A DNA stretch of 63,252 bases, filler included, from Octopus bimaculoides (taxonomy: Eukaryota), in assembly GCF_001194135.2 (NCBI RefSeq). It is 6 parts of 6 records of this genome, joined end to end, with 100 filler letters (N's around TTAATTAATTAA, not from the genome) between each part and the next. Parts side by side here need not be neighbours in the genome. Positions count along the whole stretch, not along the records: positions 46,783 to 61,685 come from NC_068995.1; positions 61,786 to 63,252 come from NC_068988.1; 4 more parts are not named here. One strand, written 5' to 3'. Shown here in pieces: positions 48,575-62,193 of the stretch. A program made the translations under genes and the position numbers. Position 1 is the stretch's first letter; every line of letters starts with the position of its first letter. The notes beneath the pieces were generated by a model. That model searched no databases. It saw only the letters and a program-made list of their open reading frames with translations, and was not told the DNA's origin.

Positions 48575-48868
48575 GAGAGGTGGGTGTGCCTATATAGTTG
48601 TACAGCTATGAATGTATATATGTAATGTCAAGATATACATACACAAACACATACCGATACATATAAAACACACGCATACGCAAACATCCAGACACGTATA
48701 AAGAGTTGGATTGGCTGAATCACTAGAGTTTCGGAGAAAAAATCCTGCTGGTGGTTTAGCTGTCTATTATTTTGCGTTTTTCAGTTCAAATTTCACCGAG
48801 AACATCACGCTTCTTCATTCGGAGCCGATGATATAATGTGTGTGAATTTATATATATATAAATATATA

Positions 48869-49200
48869 CAGGGTGTCCCAAAAAGATTTACTCACTCTTT
48901 GACAGACGATCACTAATGTATTGTTGTTTTTGTGATGTACGGGCTTACCTCGATGCAGCAAGTCCAAACAAATGGATTGGGAGGAGAGGTAGCGTTGAAT
49001 TTCCTGTTCGTTCTCCAGACCTCACGGCAATGGATTTTTCTTTTTTGTATGGGGACATCTCAAAGATAAGGTTTACACTGCAGAACCAGCGACAATTGAT
49101 GATTTAAAAAATGAAATTCGAATACGATGTCTTGCAATTCCAAATGAAATGTTTGGCAATGTTGTCGGATCCATTGTGGACGTTATCGGCTTCGTTTGGA
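48869..49200 (+). mobile_element. Tc1/mariner-superfamily transposase remnant (WIGR...RSPDL type)
   Basis: TA-CAGGGTGTCCC terminus; NKWIGRRGSVEFPVRSPDLTAMDFSFLYG resembles the WPPRSPDLTPLDFFLWG motif. Confidence 0.8.
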
Positions 49201-49207
49201 ATATATA

Positions 49208-49276
<69 letters not shown>

Positions 49277-50067
49277 AAAAAAAGTCAAGGTAGAAAATGC
49301 TAAAATAATTTTACAAAAACATTTCAGTCATTGAGACTTCTCCAACTATAAGCTATTAGTGTGTTTCGATACTGTAATATGCTTCGCAGTGAATTATCAA
49401 ATCTTTTAAAATCAAGCTGAATTTACTGCCCTAACGCACACGCATCTCCATAAAAGAAAATTAAATGTATCCTTGTGAACAGTTTTAATTGTTATTGGAA
49501 CCTTATCAGGAACTGACCAGTACGGTTGATCTGTCTACAAATGCCCACGAAGATATTCTATCTATAGCTACTAGAATTAAGGAACTCATTACATTGGAGA
49601 AACGCATTTGCATAAAGAACTCATTTGGTGGCAGTCACTTCGATTAGTCAATTAATGACGCGTTAAACTGTATATGTTTGGACGCTATGATGTACATCAG
49701 AGAAAAACTAATTTTTCTGCCGACACTATAAACACTGCGTCGGGAAAATGCCTTTTGAAGTGACACATTGGTTGGAGTATATTGCCGTCACATCAATATT
49801 TTCTATCGCTAATACGATATATTACTTTCTCAGAACAATTTTCACAGACATGCGTGCACACGTAATCTACCATTGATATACATATGCACACTAAATATTT
49901 CCCTCTTAAGTGGACAGCATTAGTAGGGATGACACAAAAGAAAAGAATATATATATTCCTGTCTATATGTGTCTGCATATGTACATATGTGTGTACGTGT
50001 GTGTGCATACATACACACACATACATACACACATACGTACATACACACTCATATAGATTCACATATA

Positions 50068-50118
<51 letters not shown>

Positions 50119-51384
50119 GAACATAAATAACTACATGTATATATATATGTATACATAGATAAATAGATCGACAGATAGATATGTATATGTTTGTATATAT
50201 ACATATAAATGTATATCAAAGTTTAGATGTTATATATTTATTTATATGTGTGTGCATGCGTTTATGCGTGTACGATTATGTGATTATGCGCACGTACGTG
50301 TGTGTATGTGCGCGCGCATGTGTGAGCGCGAGTGTGTATTTGTACAGCTAACGCCATGTATACATATGTGATTGAATACATCTAATAGGCTATGATGCTT
50401 CTTTTTTCACCTTTAATGACATCATACGATATATCCAATAACCATTGAACGTTTTGACAATGGACCCTAACCGTGACGCGGCACCGCTAGCTTAGTCCCT
50501 GCTCATTTTGTCTTCCTGGCTTCCTCGACATAGCCCCTCCCTCTTTCTCTCTCTCTCTCTCTTGCTCCATAAACACCAAGAGAGTCTTTCTCTGAATCTA
50601 CTGTCTCTCCCACTCGGCGTACAATTACCTTCCTCCCTGTTCCTCTTATTCTAACGGTTGTAAGAACTCTCCGAATTGACTGAGCAGGGAATCCTCAACA
50701 GCCAAACTCGACTTGGATTAGCCATGCTTGCCATCGTTTTTGTCTGCAATCCTTATAGGAAAGCAAAAGTACTTGGTGCTCTTGCACTCTATGGCTTGGA
50801 GAGCGCAAAGTCCGCACACTTGCACACACGCACACGCGCACATTTATTACATTAATCGTATTTTTTAAAATTATTTTTGTCATTTATTAAAATATTATTA
50901 TCTAACCCTTTTACTGTGAAATTAAATTTCACGATTATTCCTTTAACGATGTTATCTACCGAAAGCAAAATTGAGATTCTCTGCATGTCATGTTTCTTCA
51001 GTAATCTTGACTTATCTCAATACAAAATAGTTTCAAACATGACATTTCTCAACGAAAGAGGGATTGGTATATAAAACTGATTTACTTCCGCAGTTAAATG
51101 ATTCATCCACAAACACCCCTAGTTTTCTGTGCTAAACTAATGTACAGTCTTGTAGATTTAGTTAGAGAGTCTTTGACTGAAAAGCGCAGTGAATGCTGTG
51201 ATAAACTGAGATTAGAACCGAATTCACTTTTAAAGAAATATTTCCCGACAGTAACTTCTGTGAAAGGTTGCCTTCGCTGATGAACTTGAAATAAGTCTAA
51301 AACATGACTGAAATTATCTCCTGATTGTATAACTTGTAAGAAAAATGAAAATTATGCCAGTGATTGTATAATATTGTTGTCTTC

Positions 51385-51596
51385 CAGCGACGAGCTGGCA
51401 GAACCGTTAGCACGCCGGGAGAAATGCTTAGCGGTATTTCACCCGTCGCTACGTTCTGAGTTCAAATTCTGCCGAGGTCGACTTTGCCTTTCATCCTTTC
51501 GAAGTCGATAAATTAAGTACCAGTTGCGTACTGGGTTCGATCTAATCGACTGACCCCTCCCCCAAAACTTCGGGCCTTGTGTTTACAGTAGAAGAA
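51385..51596 (+). mobile_element. SINE family B, full length with 15-bp TSD
   Basis: Flanked by AATATTGTTGTCTTC (51370-51384) and AATATTGTTTTCTTC (51597-51611); CpG-intact. Confidence 0.88.
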
Positions 51597-52224
51597 AATA
51601 TTGTTTTCTTCTCGCTTCGTACGTATTTCCAGTTAAATTTCCAATCTCCCTTATATAGAATATATTTGGAGTTATTTATTATTTTACACAACAGATGTAC
51701 AAATTACTATCAAAGGATTTTGCGCCGGAATATGAAGGTAATATTCTATAATTTAGAGATGAGCTTATAATAATACCGAAACATATCCAGACTTGTCTCC
51801 TATCTCCTGTCAAGTATGCATGCCAGAAAATTCAAACTATAGTTTTACTACCGGCTGCTTTCGCTTTCTTTTCATCATGTATTTGTTCCTGGTTTTAATG
51901 TTGTTTATGTTCATACATTAAACGTATTTAATTGGTTCACACTAGCATGGCTAGATCACGTGATAATCTGCGTATTGTTTGTTGCGCTTACTCTCTTTCA
52001 GCACGAAAATCAACGGTCACAGCATGGAAGAAGAGTGTTTACTGTTAAGCCAGGAGATATCTTTTGATCATCACGAATCTGTCTGAAGCACAACCGTTAG
52101 GTAAGATTATGTTGGTTTTGTTGCTGCCTTTTTTTATGCTGTTTGTGTGTGTGAATGTGTTGTTTTTTTTTTTTTTGTAGGTGAGAAAAATCAATGAAAA
52201 GATCAAGTAGAATGATAACGAGGA

Positions 52225-52231
52225 CAATTGT

Positions 52232-52287
<56 letters not shown>

Positions 52288-53110
52288 ATACTGTTGCTAC
52301 TACTACTACTACTACTACTACTGTTGCTACTGCTGCTGCCGCTGTTACTGCTTCTGATGCAACAGATATTTATATATTATTACCTATTGTTACTGCTGGC
52401 AATGTAAAGCGCGTGTGACAATCTTCTTCGGCAGCAGCAGCAGCAGCAGCAACAACAACAGAAGTATCTGTATCATGATGATGGTGATGATGGAAAAAGA
52501 AGGAGATGGCGGAAGAGAGGCAGGAGAAATTGAAGGTTTAGAAGAAGACAACGATGACGGTGAGGATGTGACACTTGCTGGGAAAGATGAATTTGGTAAA
52601 GGTACCGGAGTTCCGTTGTTGTTGGTGGTGGTGGTGGTCATGGTGGTCATGGTGGAGGTTATAGTGGTGTTTGTGGTGAGGTGATAGTGCAGTTGGTGGG
52701 GATGGTGCTGGTCGCGAGAACCGCGGTGATGGCGATGGTGGTGGTGGTGGTGGTGGTGGCGGTGGTGGTGTCACNNNNNNNNNNNNNNNNNNNNNNNNNN
52801 NNNNNNNNNNNNNNNNNNNNNNGGTGTCACTGGTGATAGTAGTAGCTGTTGTAGCGGCGGCCATGGTAGCGGTGCTGGTGGCAGTGGAGGTGACGGCGTT
52901 AGTTTTTGAGCGGTAGTAGTGGTGGTAGAGGTGGGGTTAGTAGTAGTAGGGGTCCTGATGGCGGTGGTAGTGGTGGTGGTGGCGATTTTAGTAGCAGCGT
53001 TGGCCTTAGTGATGGAGGTAATGATAGTGGCAGAGGTGCTAGTATTGGTGGCGGCCGTGGTGGTGATAGTGGTGGTGGTCGCGGAGGCGGTGGTGGTGAA
53101 TGTGGTGTGA
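52225..53110. repeat. ACT/GCA/GGT trinucleotide low-complexity region
   Basis: Direct reading; homopolymeric ORFs in several frames on both strands. Confidence 0.85.
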
Positions 53111-53330
53111 GTCTACCAACCTTGGAATTGGTTGTTCTTAGCAAGCTTGTCTGATTAGTAAAAAGTCATAAAGTCTTTCATAAGACACTGCCACGGGTAA
53201 AATATCAATACTCACTGATTGCACTGGCAACCATTTCGCTTGATGATCGCTTATTTATTCATTCCTTTATTCATTCCTTTATTCATTCATTTATTTATTC
53301 ATTTATTTATTTATTTATTTATTCATTCGT

Positions 53331-53365
<35 letters not shown>

Positions 53366-53675
53366 TGTGAGTGTTGATTTCCTTATTTCTTTATTTGTTT
53401 ATTTTTGCTGTCATTGATTGATTGATATGGAGAATATCATCAGGAGAACTGCGGATATTATTCAACAGCAAACAACAACAACAACAACAATGATAGCTAA
53501 AAGAACGGCGGCAGCAGCAGCAGCAGCAACAACAATATCAATGAAACCCAACTGCAAGAATAACGAGAGAAATGACGACGACGAAGACAACAGCAACAAC
53601 AACACGAACAATAGTAACAACAACAACTACAATAACAACATTAACGGTTATAAGAATAATAGCTAGAACAACAAC

Positions 53676-54135
53676 GCGCAGGTGTGGCTGGGTGGTAAGA
53701 TGCTTACTTCCCAACCACATGGTTCCGGGTTCGTTCCCACTGCGTGGCACCTTGGGCAAGTGTCTTCTACAATAGCCTCGGCATGGCCAAAGCGTTGTGA
53801 GTGGATTTGGTAGACGGAAACTGAAAGAAGCCCGTCTTACACACACACATATATATGTGTGTGTGTGTGTGTGTACGTGTGTATGTATGTATGTATTCAT
53901 GTAAATGTGTTTGTGTGTGTGTGTGTGTTTGTTTCTCCATTTGTGCCCTCACCGACGTCGCTTGATAACCGATGCTAATCTGTTTGTGGCGTTTTGGCAA
54001 AAAGAGACCGATAGAATAAGTACTAGGCTTACGAAGAATAAGTGCTGAAGGTCGATTTCTTCGACTAAAAACCCTTTAAGGCGGTGCTCCAGTATGGCTG
54101 CAGTCAAATGACTGAAACAAGTAAAAGAGTGAAAG
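53676..54135 (+). mobile_element. SINE family A, full length, CpG-intact (reference copy)
   Basis: tRNA-like head with A-box TGGCTGGGTGG and B-box GGTTCGTTCCC, internal (CA)/(TA)/(TG) microsatellite, tail ggcggtgctccagtatggctgcagtcaaatgactgaaacaagtaaaaga. Confidence 0.9.
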
Positions 54136-54225
54136 AAAAAGGACAATGGTAGTGGCAGAAACAACGACTGCTGTAACCAAGGCAGCCACAAGTAGGGATA
54201 CAACTGCAGCAGCAATTACAATAAT

Positions 54226-54740
54226 AACAAGGGCATTCAGAGAGCGCAAGCCTCCACCAAAGCAACACCAATGTCCTCTCAACGATTAGCTGGAGATGAT
54301 TTTTAAAATGAGAATATCTGAAATAAACTCGACTGCTCTCGCAAATGAGAACACTAAAAATAAACCCAGTCGCTCTCAAAAATTAAGTTAAAAAAAGACG
54401 GGAAAATAATCCAGAATCCTTGTCTAGTACCGGATCGATCCCAAAACCTAATCAGTTCGTACCAGTCACGAGGCCAAACATCCCTGAAATTTCCATCCGA
54501 ATCTATCCTACGGTTCTTGAGATATCTTGTCCAGAGACAAACACAACTGAAAACAATACCTCCGTCTTAGCGAAGGCCGAGGTAACAAGAACATTCAGAG
54601 AGCGCAGACCTCTGCCAGGGCAACACAAACGTCCTCACAATGATTAGCCAGAGATGATTTTTAAAATGAAGATATCTGAAAGAAACTTGACTGCTCTCAA
54701 AAACGAGAATACTAAAAATGAACCCCACTGGCTAGGCTTT
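54226..54740 (+). mobile_element. Helentron/HINE-like rolling-circle element, head-to-tail 1.4-mer
   Basis: About 150-bp direct repeat (54226-54375 versus 54584-54735, roughly 78% identical); the first unit ends in hairpin tacctccgtcttagcgaaggccgaggta (54557-54584), directly followed by the second head. Confidence 0.55.
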
Positions 54741-56384
54741 AAAAGGGCGCATAAATAAAAGAAAAAAGAATATGTATATATATATATATATAGAAACGTG
54801 TGTGTTAGTGGGTATTTTGTGTTTTCGCACAGATTCTGTCTACCAGATATAATCACACACCATTGGTCGGCCCAAGGCCTCAGTAAAGACACTTGCGTAA
54901 CGTTCCGCATGTTGGGACTGAACCAGTAAACATTTTGCGATGGAAACTTCCTAACCACACAGCCATCGACGCAACTATCTATTTAACCATATACCTTATT
55001 GTTTATCCTGTTGCTTGTTTGATGCGTTGGACTGCGGCCATGCTGGAGTACAGTCTTCAGTGTTTTATACGAACAAATCAATCCTAGTAATTATTTCCTT
55101 TTTAAGCCTGATACTTATCTTATCCTTCTCTTTATGCCGAACCACTATGTTACGAGGACATAAACAAACCAACACCGGTTGTCAAAAACACAAAGACACA
55201 CACACACAAAGTTATATATTGCCTACAGCATCTACGTCTATTACTTCACTTGCCCCTGAGCTCCTAGCTACCGCCCTAAATATAGAAAATATTGAATAAG
55301 TTTTTTGGCCATAAGCTGTAAAGTAACAATCGGGGCATAGAAAATCTTGGACACAAACCAAGAATTTCTTTGAATGGAATAAGTCGCACTTAAAAGAACG
55401 AGGGAAAAGAAACTACAATTATACGCGACATCACAGTTCTAAACTACATTATGCTTCAAGTTCGTTTGCAGCAGCAACTACAACAACAACAACAACAACA
55501 AGAGCAGCAGCAGCAGCAGCAGCAGCAGTAAACTCAAGTAACAACAATGGAACTGACAATAATGGAAACTGCATCAAATACAAAAACAGCAGCAGCAGCC
55601 GTGACAGTAGTAGTAACATTACTAAGTGTAATTTCTGCAACAACGTCAAACAAGAAGAGTGAAGAAGAATTGTGTGTATGGGATCGACTCTAGCTATTCC
55701 ACCTCTACGTGAATAATAACACTTTGGTCATAATGGCTTCTATCCAAAATCAGTCTGCTAATAGATTCTGAATTTATTTCAGAATGGATTTGACCAAGAT
55801 TTAAGAAACGTCTATTAGGGCAGCTTATGAATTGATGCTTCAATTTCCATTAAGAGTGCTTTGCAACCGTCCACCTTATCACCGTATGCTTCGATCAATG
55901 TTTGTCTTTGGGTGAACGTCTTAGATGGCTGTTTGCAGATTAATGGAATAGAAGAATGTGCATTCAAAGAGAGGAAGAGAGAGAGAGAGAGAGAGGGGAG
56001 GAACAATAACAAAACGAAGCAAATATAACCGAATGAATATGGGGAGCGAGAATGAAGTGATATTTTCACTTCAAGATTCAGTGTGTATTTCGTGCATAGA
56101 GAAAAAAGATGATTATAACTACGATGTTATTGATTTTTATTTTTTGTTAACATCAGGTCAGTATTTGTAAAGAATAAAGATTAAAGTCAATCGATTCCGT
56201 TCTCATATTTCGTATGGGACTAATATTCTATTCATACCTGTAGATTAAAGATTGATGAATTCCGTATTTGATTCAGATGGGATTTGAACTCACTCAGTTC
56301 ACTACACAAATATATATATATAGAGAGAGAGAGGGAGAGAGAGAGAGAGAGAGGGGGGGAGAAAGAGAGAGAGAGAGAGAGAGA

Positions 56385-56665
56385 GGTGCAGTCGTGGCTG
56401 CGCGGTGACTGCATGGCACTTTGGGCAAATGTCTTCTACTGTAGCCTCAGGCCAACCAAAACCATCTGAATGGATTTGGTAGACGGAAACTGAAACAAAC
56501 TCGTTGTACATATATATANNNNNNNNNNNNNNNNNNNNNNNNNNNNNNNNNNNNNNNNNNNNNNNNNNNNNNNNNNNNNNNNNNNNNNNNNNNNNNNNNN
56601 NNNNNNNNNNNNNNNTTCTTCGACTAAAAGGCGGTGCTCCAGCATAGCCGCAGTCAAAATGACTA
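56385..56665 (+). mobile_element. SINE family A spanning an N gap at its internal microsatellite
   Basis: Head ggtgcagtcgtggctg...ggatttggtagacggaaactg; tail cgactaaaaggcggtgctccagcatagccgcagtc. Confidence 0.8.
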
Positions 56666-58019
56666 AAAAGAATCAAAGAATATATATACACCCAGAACTA
56701 TGCTAATAGCTTAGGAGAGAAATTTAGGATTTATCGGTTTTCTGTGAATCGATTTTGATAAAACTGTTCCCAGTTGGTTTGCACAATATGGCAACACCAT
56801 TGTTATGTTTTCATTATTCTGTGTAATGTCCTTTCTTGTTTTATTTCAGATTCTTCAGTCTTTGAGTGAACAGGTTGCGGTCTCAAAGCGACGAAAATAT
56901 TTTGGCAAATTAAATTTAAATGTTGAAGTGAATCTAACGGTTTTTGTGTGTTTCTTAAATGGCTTATAAACACCTTCCACGCTGAAACTGTTTTCGTTCC
57001 AGCACACGATCTCAGATCAGGTTGCTTGCTATGCAAATACATCTCGTAATTCCAAAAGGTTAAAGAAAAGTAGAAAATAAGAAAACTCGAGATCATTCTA
57101 ATTGTTTTGCTTGTTATCCTCAGCAAATAATTCGCTTTTGTTTCTTTTTTGTCTTTGTTTTTTTTTTCTTCTAAGGGCGAAATAAATAAATTAGAATTTA
57201 TAATGAATACAGTTAACCTTAATTTTGTCTTGTTTTTGTATTTGTTGGTTCCATTTCCATTAGCATTTTGCATTTAATGAATTCACGTTACCTCAGTGTT
57301 TTTAATAATCGGTTCTTTAAAGGGAACTAGAAGCTAATTAGGTCCTCCCAGAACGATGGTCACCTAACCATAACACAATTAATTACATATTTCCCATTTG
57401 AGTCAACTAAGTTATACCAGGTTTTGTTGTTGTTGTTTTTTTGTTTTTTTTTCATTTCATTTATTTTTTTTTTCTTGTCAGAGGTCCATTTCACGAATAC
57501 CTGGAAAATTAGTCTTTGCTTCGTTTCGTTGCGTTTTAATTATTTAGAACAGGGTGATCGACTGAGACGAACGACACAGCTAAGGTGCTAAGTTTTTCAT
57601 ATTCTCCCTTTGGGAAACATATATTTTTTTTTTTTACTCAACCCTCTGACTGCTGACGTGTTGGCTTGTTAAATAAGATCGGTTCGTAACCATTTTGCTC
57701 TAAATTTCACTTCACTTCCTTGTTCTGTACGGAGCGTCTTATCTACTCACAGTCTATGCTCTTCAACAAAAATGAATAAGAGAAAATAAACAGAGAGAGA
57801 ATGAAAAATCTTGTAGTTTTAGCGATTTAAAACCTAAAGGCAAATTTATGAACGTCACTAAAGTGGCAAGAATACAAAGTAGTACCAGCATTGCTAGAAA
57901 TAAGAGTCAAAAAGAACTCATTAGCCACAAAAAGCATTATTTTAGTAAGTTAGCGAGAGAGACAGAAGTGCCTACCGTAGTGAGACAAAGGTCCCCATTC
58001 ATGTAGCAGATATACGGCC

Positions 58020-58345
58020 TTTAGTCGAACAAATTGACTCTAGGACTTATTCTCTGTAAGTCTAGTACTTATTCTATCGGGTTTCTTTTGGCGAACCGCT
58101 AAGTTAAGGGGACGTAAACACAACAACATCGGTTGCCAAGCGATGGTGGTGGGGACAAACACAGATACACAAATACATATATATATTTACGACGGGCTTC
58201 TTTCAGTCTTAATCTACCAAATCCACTCACAATGTTTTAATCGGCCCGAGGCTACCGTAGAAGACACTTGCCCAAGGTGCCACGCAGTGGGACTGAAACC
58301 GGAACCTTATGATTGGGAAGCAAGCTTCTTACCACACAACCAGGC
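58020..58345 (-). mobile_element. SINE family A, CpG-intact
   Basis: ggcgaaccgctaagttaaggggacgtaaac...gacgggcttctttcagt...gcaagcttcttaccacac. Confidence 0.85.
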
Positions 58346-59762
58346 ACATTTTTTTTTTATCTAAGACCACAATACACAATATGTAGTCTGTAATATTTTG
58401 GTGTGTAACTTCAAGATTGCCTATGAGCTATTTCTAGCAGATTCCGTAGCTGGTTAGAAGCCCCCTCGTTGGCTTAAGCGATTCTACTTTTGATGACCTT
58501 GCTCAAATCTCTCAATGTTTATCTTTTTTTCCTTGCTTCATCCGGCCGTGGCCATTATTACCGCTTGAAAGGATAATATAATGAAGCAAAATTTTATACA
58601 CGTAATCAGTTTTGTTTTTACTAAAAAAAAACATTTCATGAATATTAATGAGTTAATCAATTTAAATTTGAGATATCTCCATTGAATTTATCAACGTCAT
58701 AATTGTAATTATCTTAATTTCTAATTCTAAAATTCTAATTTATTTCAAATATTGTTTCTTCTACAGGATGTCATGTCATTTTGTTAGTATTTTTGATTTA
58801 ATTGGGGGTACAGAATATAAAGAAAAAATAGAAAATAATAAATAGAAAAATAATGAATAAATGAAAATTAAAATCAAAAATGAATAGACAATGCAAAAAT
58901 AGAGTAAATTATGAGATACAAAGCAAATACATTTGATATCACATCAGGTTTTATTCTCAGTTTTGACATGGAAATATTAAAAAATCAAAAATATTTTTAC
59001 TGATATTTACAACATCCTTGAATTAGTAAAGATTCTGTTGAAAGCCTTTTAAATTATTCATATAACTGACTTGATTTAGGATATGTGGAATCTAACTGTC
59101 TGGCATCTCTTAGGAATTATCACTTCATATCGACAATGAGTTGACTTCAGCAAATTTCTACTTCCTCTTTGCCATTTTCGTTTCTTTTTTCTTTCATTTT
59201 TGTTTCTTTTTATGTTAGTTTGTTTAGCTTGGTTTTCATTTGACTGAGATTGGTCGCTTCAATTAGGTTTAGTTTGATATGGACTGGAATGGTTCGGTAC
59301 TTTGCTGTTTTATATCCTTTAAGTTGTTCGTTTTTATTATTATTTCAATATGCCCTCCACCTCCACCCTTTTATATTTAATCCTTAATTACTGCCGATAT
59401 TTTATTCATGCCATGATTTGCGAAAAAAATTTTTTCCAATTTTAGGATAATCCCAGAGCTTTAGAACGACTTTTAGCAGTTAGCGACTTGTTACCAAAGC
59501 TGCTAAATCTCGCTTATCATCACCCCCCCCCTCCGCCCCTCCTCTTGAAATTACCACAACAGCAGTAGCAGCTGAGCTATAGCAAAGCCAAGAAATATCT
59601 GTGTTTGCTCGGTTGTTTTTTTTTTAACAAACATTTTTAACCAATCACACCGATTGTAAACGAATCAGCGTTCTTAATGCGGTTGGTAGTTTACTGGGGA
59701 AAAATTTGAATTCTTTTTGTTTTGTTTTGTGAGTGATTTTTATTATTTCATCCTATCAAAGT

Positions 59763-59868
59763 GGAGAGCTGGCTGAATCGTTAACACGCCGGGCGAAATA
59801 CTTAGCGGTATTTTGTCGGCTACTTATGTTCTAAGTTCAAATTCCTCCGAAGTTGACTTTGCTTTCTG
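59763..59868 (+). mobile_element. SINE family B, 5' fragment
   Basis: gagctggctgaatcgttaacacgccgggcgaaatacttagcggtatt...aagttcaaattcc. Confidence 0.75.
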
Positions 59869-60551
59869 TACGTAATGTGAAATATAGCTGGCTTCATTTC
59901 ACATCCCAACTTATTTGACATTCTTCACTTCAGCACCCATGTTTTGTTTCAGCACCTGAGATCCTGCACCAGTGACTACACATAATCCTTCTTCTCCAAA
60001 GCAGCATCCTTCTGAAATTCCTGCTCTGCTTATGTCTTACCTACAAGTGTCAAAATTAAGTTGGATTATAATTACTTCAATCTTGCTACATTCGGAGAAA
60101 CTTCAAAAGCCATGGACAGTTCTCATTCCTCCAGATCTTAGAAAGAGAAGAAAAATTAATTAGCGGAAACAACAGATCCGAGGAAGTTTTAAACAAATCA
60201 TGTTGTCGATGTGTTTTGATAAACGCAACATTGATTTGATATATCTAGGTTTAATACAGAATAGGTCGTTGATATAGTAATACGGTACGCATTGTACAGG
60301 AGGAATAATTTTGTTGAATGAAATGTCATTACAAGGTATGTCATTACTCGTAGGTACATTACAATTCAAGCGGGGAGTTTTCAATATTGGTCTTTGAATA
60401 TTGTATTTTTGTATCATACTGTACATATCTTAATTCACTCCTGTCTAAACTGAAGGAAATTTGCCAATTTAGTACTATGTATGGCCTTATTTGTGTATGG
60501 GCATATATACGAGTGCGTATGTGTCTGTGTGTGTGCATGTGCGTACGTATT

Positions 60552-60600
<49 letters not shown>

Positions 60601-61261
60601 NNNNNNNNNNNNNNNNNNNNNNNNNNNNNNNNNNNNNNNNNNNNNNNNNNNNNNNNNNNNNNNNNNNNNNNNNNNNNNNNNNNNNNNNNNNNNNNNNNNN
60701 NNNNNNNNNNNNNNNNNNNNNNNNNNNNNNNNNNNNNNNNNNNNNNNNNNNNNNNNNNNNNNNNNNNNNNNNNNNNNNNNNNNNNNNNNNNNNNNNNNNN
60801 NNNNNNNNNNNNNNNNNNNNNNNNNNNNNNNNNNNNNNNNNNNNNNNNNNNNNNNNNNNNNNNNNNNNNNNNNNNNNNNNNNNNNNNNNNNNNNNNNNNN
60901 NNNNNNNNNNNNNNNNNNNNNNNNNNNNNNNNNNNNNNNNNNNNNNNNNNNNNNNNNNNNNNNNNNNNNNNNNNNNNNNNNNNNNNNNNNNNNNNNNNNN
61001 NNNNNNNNNNNNNNNNNNNNNNNNNNNNNNNNNNNNNNNNNNNNNNNNNNNNNNNNNNNNNNNNNNNNNNNNNNNNNNNNNNNNNNNNNNNNNNNNNNNN
61101 NNNNNNNNNNNNNNNNNNNNNNNNNNNNNNNNNNNNNNNNNNNNNNNNNNNNNNNNNNNNNNNNNCAATCATAATATAAACATGTTTTTATATCTTCACT
61201 TTTCTCACACCTTTATATCACTATTGCCTTACTCATCGTTCGACAGCCACCACCTTCTCTA

Positions 61262-61301
<40 letters not shown>

Positions 61302-62138
61302 TCTCTCTCTCTCTCTCCCTATCTCAGTCTATCTCTCCTTATCTCTCTCACTCTCTCACTCTCTCTCTCTCTTTCTCCCTCTCTAATTTTCTTTTCTGTT
61401 TTACTTTCTCTCGCTCACTCGAACTCCCACATTCTCCCACATTCTCTCGATCTTCAACTATTTCTTACGCATGCGCGGGAACATATATAATCACATATTT
61501 ACATTCATATGTGTGTATGCATATATATGTGTATGCGTGTGCGCGCGCGCGCGTGTATACATACATATACCCACTCATGTGTGACATATATATATGTTCA
61601 TATATATATGTGCGAGTGTGTGTATGTGTGTTTGTAGGTAGCTAGATGTAGATATAGATGTATAGAGGTATATATATATATATATNNNNNNNNNNNNNNN
61701 NNNNNNNNNNNNNNNNNNNNNNNNNNNNNTTAATTAATTAANNNNNNNNNNNNNNNNNNNNNNNNNNNNNNNNNNNNNNNNNNNNCAAATATCCACCGAT
61801 AGAATAAGTGTCAAGCTTAAAATGAAAAGGCCTGGAGGCGATTCATTCAACTAAAACATCCTTCAAGGTAGTGCCCCACCATGACTGCAGTCTAATGATT
61901 GGAACAAGATATATATGTATATATACATATATATATATATACCTCTGAACGAGGTATTAACAGTAACTGCACGATAAAGTGAAGTATATTTGCCACTTAA
62001 ATGTGGCTGACCCCGAGGGGTGGATGTTACTGTTGCTTTTAGCCCCAGGAGGACATCTCAGAACACGTGGATGGAAGAGTACTCATTTGATCTTATGGTC
62101 TCCCTGCCTCCATTGCTGTAACGCTACACTTTCACGCA

Positions 62139-62193
<55 letters not shown>

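Noticed and set aside
51278-51303. CTGATGA-ACTT-gaaat-AAGT-ctaaaac
   Set aside because: No GAAA core and no stem I; chance or heavily decayed.
53676-53750. tRNA gene-like A/B boxes
   Set aside because: No cloverleaf, and continuous with the SINE body; SINE heads, not tRNA genes.
61992-62057. Cluster of short stems with interleaved pairing (GGCTGA/TTAGCC, GATGT/ACATC), HDV/twister-like
   Set aside because: P3, P1.1 and catalytic positions do not fit either consensus, and the stems are short enough to be chance.
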